A stretch of DNA of 64,000 bases, from positions 1-64,000 of the forward strand of contig JYFJ02001738.1 in the NCBI GenBank assembly GCA_000934665.2, read 5' to 3'. The position numbers and the translations under genes were made by a program. Source of the DNA: Catajapyx aquilonaris (taxonomy: Eukaryota). The notes under the pieces are model-generated. The model worked only from the letters and a program-made list of their open reading frames with translations, searched no databases and was not told the DNA's origin. Shown in pieces: positions 1-10,480 of this stretch; position 1 is the first letter of the stretch, and each line of letters starts with the position of its first letter.

Positions 1-276
1 CCCCCCCCCCCCCCCCGCCCCTCGAATCCTCCTCCCCTACTCAACGCCTCCACGACGTCATCTGTTATTGCGTCATGTTGCCTTTTACTCGCACCTTTAG
101 TGGTGACGTCACGGGTGTCCTGTGAACATAGATGCCACATTGCCACCTCGCTCCGACCAATTTTTGCGGAGTGTCGGAGGTGTGGCGGCCGGCTGCACTT
201 GCACTGTTGTTTGTGGGGAGCGCTCATTGTTGTTGGTTGATTGGCTGGTTGGCAGGTTGGTTGATTGTTGCAGGTG

Positions 277-512
277 TGGTATTTGTCATGCTTCATTGGT
301 GACTCCGTTGACGACATACTCCACGACGTTATTGTTGCCAGCCCTGTAGTGGTGGTCCTGGTATTTGTCATGCTTCACTGGTCAGTCCGTTGACGACATA
401 CTCCAGGATATTGTTGCCAGCCGTGTCGTGGTGGTCCTGGTATTTGTCATGCTTCATTGGTCACTCGTCCGTTGACGACGAACTCCAGGTTATTATTTCC
501 AGCTCTCTAGCG
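277..512. repeat. Tandem minisatellite, about 80-bp unit, about 3 copies
   Basis: Units beginning tggtatttgtcatgcttca... start at 277, 359 and 438 (spacing 82 and 79 bp). Confidence 0.9.
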
Positions 513-524
513 GTGCNAAGCGAG

Positions 525-1148
525 TCTCATGTTGATATAATTATACATTGATACATACACTGGATTCAGGGTGATGAATGACATTAGCATTGTCATCCAC
601 AGCCTTATCAGGATGATTGATGATTGATTATTTGATTATATTATTAAAATGTTTTAAACAAGTGCCTTAATTACTGAAGAATCACACAAAACACAAAGTG
701 GAAGTAAAGTTGATGCTCCCTGGTCATCTGCGTTAATAATCCGGGTGCTGCGGATTTGATCTTTACATTTTGTGATAAAATAATGTATGAAACTCGGTAC
801 ACTTCACACTTCTGCGCATATCTGAACGTGGGGCCACGATGACTGACACCGCTGGAGGTCATCGTGGCCCCACGTTCAGATATGCGCAGAAGTGTTATAT
901 CACAAAATGTAAAGATCAAATCCGCAGCACCCGGATTATTAACGCAGATGACCAGGGAGCATCAACTTTACTTCCACTTTGTGTTTTGTGTGATTCTTCA
1001 GTTAAATTAAGGCACTTGTTTAAAACATTTTAATAATATAATCAAATAATCAATCATCAATCATCCTGATAAGGCTGTGGATGACAATGCTAATGTCATT
1101 CATCACCCTGAATCCAGTGTATGTATCAATGTATATATCAACATGAGA
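525..1148. repeat. Long near-perfect inverted repeat (fold-back element)
   Basis: The left arm (525-843) is the reverse complement of the right arm (858-1148), with a 14-nt spacer (844-857). The left arm carries an extra ~26 nt at about 778-805 plus a few small indels. Confidence 0.93.
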
Positions 1149-1213
1149 TTCCTGCAAGGCTGTAAGATACGGTGTTTCCAGAAAAATGGGGCAACCTTAT
1201 ATTTTTACAACCT

Positions 1214-1292
1214 GTATCTTTATCATCGAATACATGCTCCCTATTCATAATATTATTGTGAATAGGGAGCTTGTATTCGATGATAAAGATAC
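1214..1292. repeat. 79-bp palindrome (likely MITE core)
   Basis: gtatctttatcatcgaatacatgctccctattcataat-att-attgtgaatagggagcttgtattcgatgataaagatac: 38-bp arms with 2 mismatches. Confidence 0.85.
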
Positions 1293-4200
1293 GAAACTTG
1301 CCACAATTAGTCCTTGGACAGTTTTGAACACGTGTGCACGTATGGACCCACGATGAGCACAGCGACTATGACTTTTTTCAAGTCGCGTACCTTTCAGGCG
1401 CTGTTTTTATACTTACTGCTCGAAAGTAATGGTGGTATATCTGGAGGTTGTATTACAGTGTATAAATTATGCTTATTTTACAAATATGTAACTGTGGAAA
1501 AATTATCACTTCATCATCACGACACTGTCCGTCACACAGGCAAAGCTCAGTGCAGGGAATTGCCGTTGAGTTCGGCTTTATTGCAGCTCCTAATTTCTTT
1601 TGATGTTGACAGAGCTGGTGGATTGACTTAATTCTCATGAGCAAAGAATTCGTTCAGGTTATCTCTGCTCTGGGATATATACTAATAACATACAGCCAGC
1701 CAACCAGCTTTTCCGGTTAGACACCTTTATTTTCGATGCGTTGGACGAAGAATAGCCTACATTAGGCCTACTGAAGAGAGGGAATTTATTCAACTTAATG
1801 GGTAAGCGACTTGGTTTTCTCATTTGCAAACCGTCCGTGAATTCTGCCTCGCACCTTCCCCTTAATTTTCACCACGCTCTTTGCAGCATCATCCGCACTG
1901 GTTTGAGCAAGGGTTTGAGAAGTCATATGTATGGCTCTATATATCCCCATTTTCAGACCATACTCACTCTGCAGTGGTAATCATGGATGCATTTATTCAG
2001 CCTACTCAGACATGATTTTTTGATGCCTATATTGTTCGAAGGTGACATTAAATGAAGCAGATGTAGAGCCAAAGTTTTGATCAATAATACGGTGCTGTTG
2101 TTATGATGTAACCCGTAATGTTGGCCTGTATAAATCGTGAACAGATGCACAGAATGTGATCATGGTTATACACCTTGTTTCATCCGTTCACAGGTGACGT
2201 CAATCATTAGATGAAAGTGATCACGCATCATGCTCAACCAAATGTATTTGAAAGCGGCGCTGCATATATTGTCGGTGGTGAAACACACTGTTAGGTTTGC
2301 TACGTCAATTATATTCATTTATGTATAGGTTGAATTTTACAAAGATCACTGGATGCGTAATGTGTTATGATTGTATTACAGTAGTTAGGGCTTACATAGC
2401 TGCATATGTCCCAGACCTTTGTGCTGTACAAAGCAGAAAAAATATACCTACGATACCGATTTTTGTGGAGCTCAGCAGCGATTTACTGATCCAAATGAGC
2501 GAAAAAAAAATCAAAGCCATTTCCAATTTGCTGATTCTATGTAGGATAACGACATGAAAAAGCTGGAATTATCCTTATGAAAAGTTCATGTGTGTGGAGC
2601 ACATAATGCTATGTGTGGCTAACAACTTGGAGCAGAGCTAGCGTATCATCATATAGAACTAATAAATTACGAGGCCAGGACCACCATATCAGAGCTTGGA
2701 TGGTGGCTTTTCAAACCTCAAAGTTAATTTTCCAGGCTGACTTCAGGTTAATAAATTTTGTTAAAAAGAGTTAGCTGAAATGCGGCAGGCGTTACGAAAC
2801 TAGGACGTAGACATCCTTTTTCCAGTGTTACACTCTGTAACTTGTGCAATTTACAAACTAGTGCAAAAGGTAGAGTTTACCGGTATTTCAGACAACTGGG
2901 AACGAGACATTTCAGCGGCAGACATCCTTCGGGCTATTTCGTCTCAAGTCATTTCGGTGAGATAGTTCTTGAAGAAGTGACTCGCGGGCTATAGTTATTC
3001 TCTCTATCTAACAGCACGGCCTACTTCTTGGCGACCACTGGTGTCAGTCGTCTACGTCGTTCGTTTATTATTTGTGGTCTCTTTCGACGCGGCCATTTTC
3101 AACCGAAAAGTGTCTCGTTTTAAAGCTTCCACGGAAACTAGACATGCGATATTTTTAAGTAACATGTTATTCTACAACTTGGGCCAAAAAGTGGCTCGTA
3201 TAACTATTCTGCACCGTCAACTTGGACATCAGACAGACCCAGCTTGTAGCCATGTACCGTTACGTTGTTTTACGATCCGTTCGTATATCCCGTAGAATAC
3301 ATCGTCTATTGCTTGTGGTTCGAACAATTCCAGCCTCCTTCTGATAAGATCCTCACAATCCTATAAAATGTGGCGTTTGTTTCCACTTGGCGTCCGAAAC
3401 TTCCACTTTGGGCAGAAGGCCAATTTGTCAATTGATTACTTTCCCAGCAAACTCGCCTTGAGAAAAATAATGGTCTACATCGACAGCACAACTGTCGCCT
3501 CAAAACTAGCTGAATCCGCCGCACAGTGGCACAGCAATGAAAATTGGTTGGAAATGCAAAGCGTTGGGTTGCATCATGACAGGATGAACCAAATCGGAGG
3601 TGGAAGTATGACGCCATGTTCATTCCCCCGGGGTGGTTAGTCTCACGGAAATCCCACCCGATACATCCCATAAGAGCTTGTCATCCTACATGTTCTTAGG
3701 CTGTTTTGCAACCTGTTTAGCGTACCCAGCTTCCAAGTAGGGCACTTCTACTGGGCTCTCCAAAGCAAAAGCTCATTAAAAGCAGGAGCCATCCAGCAGC
3801 AAGTCGTGCCAAATACCCCGGCACAAGAGTCAGACTCCGGGACGCTGGTTATCTCCCCGTAACGACTTTGCCTATCATCATTCATGGCAAGCTCCTTCCC
3901 TCATTTATAGCCATCTATTGCGCAGCATCCCCCACGCCCTCTCCTCACACACAAATTGTGCTCCCCAGCTCGGTCTCGGTTACTGCTCCGATTGATGTGG
4001 TTACCTACCACTAATAAAGAGACCGAGGGCCTGGCCTCTTGCCAGACCCTCGAATTAATGTGGGGACTTTGCCACCTGAAACAATAGGTTCAGGTGAGCC
4101 GGGGACGGTCTTTCATTCGGTGAGACTTCAATATTCCCCTAGGTTTGCTTATGACCGCATAGGTCACCCACGCTCAAGTTCACTTCACCATGCTGGTGTT

Positions 4201-5893
4201 CCATTCATTGCAGGGGTACGTGGGGTTTGGAGACAGGCCAGTGTGTTTTGGCGCCATGCTTGCTTGGTTGGCCGACTCTTTGGAAACAGCTGTACATTCC
4301 AAAGAAGCCTGTTTTATGGCTTTATACAGCCCTGTCTGCCCTCGTTTTTTTGGAGCTTTTTTTTTTGGAGACACTTTTGTGGGGGTAGGCTGGAAGGGCC
4401 CGCGAGACAAATTCTTGCTAAATTTATGGCATATTGTAATTTTCATGCTCGCGAATTGCTGTGGAGAAAATGATTTTCATATAAGGAAAGCCAATAACCA
4501 CCTGTTATTTCTCTGAAGTTCTTTGCATTCCATGAAGTTAAATTATCACTCGAGTAAGGAGAATCTAATTTTTTGTGATGAAATTTCTAAAAGTGTCCCG
4601 CGAAATAGTCGGGTTAATATTGAACATAATTAATACTTCAGGCTTAGGTGCGTTTTTATATTAAAAAAAACTCAATTTTCCTCAATGGCTGATCTGTAAC
4701 TCTACACGTCCTACTGCACCATTTTGTTTGAAATTAGTTTCTTCCGAGGTCTTGCAATATCTCTCTCCTTGGTCATATTTGTTCTGAAAGAACAATCAAT
4801 ATCAAGCCAAGTTATTAGGCTGTGCAGGATGTATTTTTCCAATTTTTTTTCCTTTGGTTTATTCCACTTTCCGTTTGCCAGAAAGTAATCTTCCACTGCG
4901 ACGGTCACTGGAATACCCTTAATAAAACCATATCGACCTTTGTAACGTACGCTACCAGCCAAAGTGCTCGTACTTCCGAATAGTATAGAAAGCCGTCACT
5001 TGAGCCTGAAAGTTTTTTTGTTCTCTTCCTACCTTGGGGGGTATATAAGCAAGGCGGGAATAAAAATCGTTCCAGTAATTTGACGGTGCCAGGTATAGAG
5101 CCAGCTGTTGCTGATAGCACAGATTAAGCCGGTAACGTTACAGCTCCTGGCCTGACAGCGGAACAAATCTAATGGGCAGGTGCATGTGAATGCGCATTTG
5201 AAACATTGTCAAAACGAAGTTCTGATCCCGGAGAAGTAATGGATCCGGCACATCCTGAGCCTCAGGAGATATATTGCGGCAAAATCTCCAGCTTGCAGCA
5301 CATATGGTGTTCCACACGGCCATTCTTTAATATTTTTCTACAGCATTTGTATAACTGAAAATGGATTTCCAATCCTTGTCACAAAACTGGACCAAAATAC
5401 TTCTAAAAGCTCATCACGTATGGCATAGTAGTGTCACTAGCATATTACAGTGTCAAACAAAAACTTGCTTAGTTTCCATCAGGGGACCTAACGCGCCACT
5501 GTCAAAATATTTAAAATGGTATTCATTAAAGGACTTGAATTCTTTAACGAGGCATGATAATTGGGAATAGCATTACATGCAGGTAATCACGTTCAGTGTG
5601 CGCAGTTAATCAAAAGCTTTCGTTATGCTGGCAGAAAAAAAAATCTATTGAGACCATTAACCAACACAAAGTATATTTAATTTCAAACAAGCTGAGTTGA
5701 ATGACTATACTAAGAATTTCATCAAATGCAAATTTGAGGACAAAATTTTAAATGCTTGAATATTACGTTAAACCTATTTAACTGCATCCCCATAATTGAT
5801 ACCTAAAATACCGACGCCATAATGAGCAACAGTGACTGGCAACAATCCCTATTAATATAAAGCTGAAAAATTGTACGTATATTTATTTATATA

Positions 5894-6101
5894 CAGGGTG
5901 GTCCAACATCAAGTGTCGTTTTATAACGGCGATTAATAGCAGTGATTTTGCGATGACGTAGCAGCGACGCGTAAAATGTCCCACTTCGGCGCATCTTCGG
6001 CGCCATCGAAGTGGGCAATTTTACACGTCGCTGCTACGTCAATCGTAAAGCGCTTCTATTAATAGCCGCTATAAAACGACGCTTGATGTTGGACCACCCT
6101 G
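5894..6101. mobile_element. Tc1/mariner-type palindromic MITE
   Basis: TA|CAGGGTGGTCCAACATCAAG ... CTTGATGTTGGACCACCCTG|TA; TA target duplication and imperfectly palindromic throughout. Confidence 0.88.
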
Positions 6102-6374
6102 TATATATTTATCACGCCTAATTAAGCCACTTCCCGGGTACGGAGAGCGCTGAAATTTCTCACACCCATGTCTTGTCTATCGGTGATCCCGGTAAAAGTC
6201 CCAAAACCGCACTTTTTTGAGTCTAAGGGCGGTTTTCAGCAGCCTTCGCAATTGCCTTCGCTGTCAACAAGCCCAAAGGAAGGATCTTCCTTCCTAACTC
6301 ACATTCGAAAATAATGAACATGGCACATTCAATAATGAAAACAATAGAACAACGGGCAGGTTGGCAAGAATAAT

Positions 6375-6688
6375 TGCAGTACACATAGGGTATTGTAACA
6401 ACGGTTAGAGTACTTCGGGGAGTGCCGAGATCAACAATACCGAACAATACAGTACTGTATAGTTCATATCGATAGAACCTGCCACAATGCACCAGGAAAA
6501 ACAACAGAACAGCAGGTATACGTTCGTGTGTTTGGTCTCAGAAGCGTTGAAGTGATGCGTTCATGTTTAGATTGTGTTATCAGCAAATATTTCAAAAAAT
6601 TCAAATACAAAATTTTCAAATGTTATTTTAAAACCGGGGTTAATGTGAAACGGCGTAAAACAGAGCGGCGTAAAACGGGTACTTCCTG
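6375..6688 (+). mobile_element. 5'-truncated copy of the pogo/Tigger-like MITE at 7168-7707
   Basis: Aligns by eye with about 7420-7707 (gccacaa.gcacca.gaaa, tcgtgtgtttgg.ctca, agattgtgtt, aaaccgg.gttaa.gt.aaacggcgtaa) and ends in the same TIR, gtaaaacgggtacttcctg|TA. The left boundary is approximate. Confidence 0.7.
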
Positions 6689-6690
6689 TA

Positions 6691-6857
6691 CAGTGTTGGT
6701 CATAAATCGAGGCAACTGCCAGCGACATTTTTCCGAAGCGGCAGAAGAAGGAATCGAAGATAAGCATACACTACTTACAAGCCGGACGAGCAAGATTCCT
6801 TCTTCTGCCGCTTCGGAAAATGTCGCTGGCAGTTGCCTCGATTTATGACCAACACTG
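6691..6857. mobile_element. Tc1/mariner-type MITE with ~65-bp TIRs
   Basis: TA|CAGTGTTGGTCATAAATCGAGGCAACTGCCAGCGACATTTTTCCGAAGCGGCAGAAGAAGGAATC ... reverse complement|TA. The near-perfect TIRs suggest a young insertion. Confidence 0.9.
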
Positions 6858-7167
6858 TACAGGAAATCTTTCTTGGCCGTTTCACAACCAGCACGTTATC
6901 ATAATTTTCAATTGATCATTGTGATTTTGTTTATGGATCATGATTTCCGTGCTCTGGATATGTGATAGGAGACATGGAAAAGCATACAATGAACATGGTA
7001 ATAATTTTTCCCTGGGTCGTAAATAAAAAGCGCAAAATCAGACATTCGCGTTTCCTTGTGTTCTGAAATAGGTCGTCTGGTTTTGATAATGGCCTACTGA
7101 CTTATTTCAGTATGATTTACTGCGATATGTACTTACGAACGGGCTCCCAAGGCTCCCCATAAGGATA

Positions 7168-7707
7168 CAGGTAGGTAGTACCCGTTTTACGCTGGTAATT
7201 GGTTCCCGCAAAACGCGGCGTAAAATGAAAAGGCGTAAAACGAGACATTTATAATGGAAGTAAATGAGATAGGTTCCAAGATTTCCAAAATATTTCGTGA
7301 TACAGTGCTTAAATTGCAGTTTTTAATGCCGACTATTTCAAACACTTATAACGCACGTTTAATGGTTAAGGTTCCATGTTAAGAGTCATCTGGTTCTGAG
7401 GCCTCTTTTCCCTTCTTTCTGCAGTAGACGTAGGGTATTTAACAGACTTCGGAGGGTTCCGATGAGACCAACAATACGGTACTGTATTTATCGGTAGACC
7501 CCGCCACAAGGCACCACGAAAGACCAAAAATATCATTATTTTATGGTCGTGTGTTTGGACTCAAAAGGGTTGAAGTGTTGTGTATTTACGAGTATGTTCA
7601 GATTGTGTTGTTATAGTCATATTTTTCACAATTTTTAAATGTCATTTTCAAACCGGCGTTAACGTAAAACGGCGTAACATGGAGCGGTGTAAAACGGGTA
7701 CCTCCTG
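7168..7707 (+). mobile_element. pogo/Tigger-like non-autonomous DNA transposon
   Basis: TA|CAGGTAGGTAGTACCCGTTTTACGC ... GTGTAAAACGGGTACCTCCTG|TA, with subterminal repeated cggcgtaaaa motifs. Confidence 0.8.
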
Positions 7708-7712
7708 TATTT

Positions 7713-8371
7713 GATAATTGGACGGTGTTATGCAATAATGCGTCAACCCATATGAGAACAGTTTTGAGAAAAGGGGCTTTGAAGGTCATACCTGTGAAGT
7801 TCATTCAGTGTTAACTTTTCGGTCATTTGTAACAGAAGTATGGAGATTTCACCAGCGTGATTTTAACTGAATGAAGTAGGATCCTTTAGGTCAGCGGTGC
7901 TTAACCTGGGGTGCCCGCACCTCTAGGGGGTGCGAGGTGGCTTCCCTTGGAGGGTGCGAGCAAGGTGCACCTCTGGACTTAATCTAACCAATAGCTAATA
8001 ACTGGTGTAACTATGAACTTAATCAATCACCCCTGGTATAGGGGGTGCGACAAGGACCAATACACACATTGTCTACAAATGGGTGCGGAGGCCCGTAAAG
8101 ATTAAGAACCTCTTCGTTAGGTATATGTTCCTGGGCTTGGCTCAATTTTGACATTATTTTGGGTTGACAAATTATTGCTTAACACCGTTCATGCACACCA
8201 TTCATGAGTTACCTTTTCGGTCATTTGTGGCAGAAATATGCAGATTTCGCCACCTTGATTTTAACTGAATGAAGTACCGGTACTATCCTTTGGGTGCATG
8301 TTCCTGGGCATAACTCAATTTTGACATTTTTTGCGGGTTGACCCATTATTTCATAACACTGTCCAATTATC
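7713..8371. mobile_element. Non-autonomous TIR element (37-bp TIR, superfamily unassigned) with an internal ~150-bp direct duplication
   Basis: Left end GATAATTGGACGGTGTTATGCAATAATGCGTCAACCC versus right-end reverse complement GATAATTGGACAGTGTTATGAAATAATGGGTCAACCC. Internal duplicated units start ttttcggtcatttgt at about 7816 and 8214. Confidence 0.75.
7892..8114. mobile_element. hAT (Charlie-like) MITE nested in the 7713-8371 element
   Basis: Ends CAGCGGTGCTTAACCT ... AGATTAAGAACCTCTT, with an 8-bp TSD ctttaggt (7884-7891) / cgttaggt (8115-8122). The paralogous unit at about 8285-8305 lacks the insert. Confidence 0.8.
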
Positions 8372-10267
8372 CATCCGCTTTCAATCATTTCTGTGTACGT
8401 TGATTGACACCAAGTTCAACATTATGTACCAGACACTTCACACGGGTTTGCTGCTATAAATAAATAAATTAATTAATTACATGGTTTGATAATCTACGTA
8501 TGTAAGGCAAAGTTTCTTTGTTTTTTTGTTTGCCCATCAACAGAATTTTCTTGGTGATTACCATAGAAACAGGCCGTGCGAAGAACTGGCTCCTCTGCTA
8601 TAGTATTAACAATATAACCAACACGCAAAGGTTTTTCTAAAAGCTGAATACATTGTACGTAGAAAAGAGTTTATCTCAGTATTGTAATTCATGAGGGGAA
8701 AATATGTAGTAGTAGAAAGTGTATTTTTTGTTCGAAACACTTTTGTAGGCTACTTTAAAAACTGCAGCTTAATAGTGAGTCTAATCTCTTTGCTCAAATG
8801 CATATTAAGCGATGCGTCAATAATGAATGTGTACTTTGGAGCAAATAGTCGAGCGAAATTCACGGCTCAGTAAAAGTTCTAAATTCGAGCAAAGCGTGTT
8901 TTAAGTACCATTCAAACCATAATAACGAATCAGCATGTATTAGTAATAGTACTGTTCCACACGATCTTCTTCATTGTTTACTTACAGAAATGAATAGCTG
9001 AAATTTTTTGTGCCTGCACTTTTCTTGAGCTAGATGAAAATAAGGGTTTGCAGGAGTCGACATCATAGATGTGCATTGGATATCAAATCTCTTTTTATGA
9101 GACTACTAAAGTTACTGACTCGCACGAGTTCCTTCTGGTAAAAAAAAAAGCTCAGATTTAATGCCGGAAAAATGCGAGCTAACTGTTTGGGTTCCCGGTA
9201 AACGGTTAAAAAGAGCACTTCAGCGAAGCACAATAACCCTCCCAAAATAATATGCAGGATATATAGTACCTATAATGCTGACTCACAAATTAATTAGCTA
9301 AGTTCACACTCTCGGCAACATTAATTCAGTGCATTTACGTATGTAGGTGACTATAACCATGAGGGAAAAAATGTCGCGCGATACTGATTAATCTAGATCG
9401 AACAACAACATGTGGGTAACATATGAACGTCTGCCTCGTTCATTCACAACAAAACAATGAAACTTGTTGAATATTAATTCAGTATGGACAAATATTGCAG
9501 CAGCGTTTAATGAAATTTTCTGATGCAGATTTTTCCAACCGTGCTTAATGTGCAGCAGCAAATTTTCATGCAGTGAAGATTCTGCTCCTGTTTTAATTAA
9601 AACCAGGTTCCACACTCTGATTCATAACAAAAAAGGCGGCGGCAGATAAGCTTTCATTGTATGCCACCGACGTGGACATTCCCTTGGGGAGAAAAAAATG
9701 CACAACTGCATGCGACGAGCAAAGAATACTTTCAAAGGATTTCTCCTGTCATATCCATTGAAAAAAAGTAAGCTTGGGAAGAACAACATTGCTGATTCTA
9801 GTCACGGTGAGTGCGGAGGCTGCCAGCGATCGTTCGTGGCTCAGACTCTGGACCTGGTCGCACTAATTGGAAAAGTTTTATTCCTTCAGGAGATGGCGGG
9901 AAAAAAAAAACTTTTCCTGTGCCTTTTCTTCTCCCTATTTCTCCACTCGACATTCGGGATAGAGAAATACGGTATGGAATGGATACCAAGTGGATGCGAC
10001 TCACTTCCTAGGGCGCGAACCTGCCTTCTTTTAGGGTTCGAAAATGTCGGCAAAGGCTCAACGACATATTATTTGACCAGGATGTGAAGCAACCAGCTGA
10101 TGCAACTCGGGTTTTACAACCGCGTGTTTCAAGGAATTTGCACTGCAACAGATGTGGTTGTGCCATGTGTTGCACTAGAGCCAGTAAAACTGACAAGGGC
10201 GAAATTCATTGCTCACACAACTTACTTGAAACGCAGACCTTACTTATTATTCTTATTGAAAGGCTGT

Positions 10268-10345
10268 ACGTTCATGTTGTAGCAAAATTGTACTTTACAT
10301 CTGACGTTCATGTTGTAGCAAAATTGTACTTACATCTGACGTTCA
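10268..10345. repeat. 35/36-bp tandem duplication spanning the exon D splice donor
   Basis: acgttcatgttgtagcaaaattgtactttacatctg (10268-10303), then acgttcatgttgtagcaaaattgtacttacatctg (10304-10338), then acgttca. Confidence 0.9.
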
Positions 10346-10480
10346 AGTAGTAGCCAATGGAGGAGAAGTTTCCAAGGGAGTGTTGAGTGCTGCACTTGTA
10401 CCATCCGCTGTCAGCCCTGCGCAGTTGGGTAAAGTTGAGGAAGCCATCGTCACCCTGAGGCATGGCCGGTTCTGCTTCGT
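10334..10480 (-). CDS. tei: Internal coding exon D: C-terminal half of Ig domain 3 (in a frame not shown in the ORF track)
   Basis: Acceptor cgtttttcag|AC and donor AGA T|GTAAGT; 147 nt, phase 1-1. Encodes DEAEPAMPQGDDGFLNFTQLRRADSGWYKCSTQHSLGNFSSIGYYLNVR, whose DSGWYKC supplies the second Cys of the domain begun in exon C. DGFLNFT...SGWYKC...SSIGYYL matches the recalled CG17716 sequence. Confidence 0.92.

Noticed and set aside
277..512. Repeat array as a CRISPR locus
   Set aside because: Units are homologous along their whole length with no unique spacers, there are no cas genes, and the context is a eukaryotic intron.
1420..1640. Possible P-element/THAP9 C-terminal relic (QCREL...DRAGGLT)
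   Set aside because: Too short and degenerate to support without a profile search.
3300..3560. Possible Academ-like transposon protein relic (TVASKLAESAAQWHSN)
   Set aside because: The resemblance rests on one short recalled motif, with no supporting termini or further domains.
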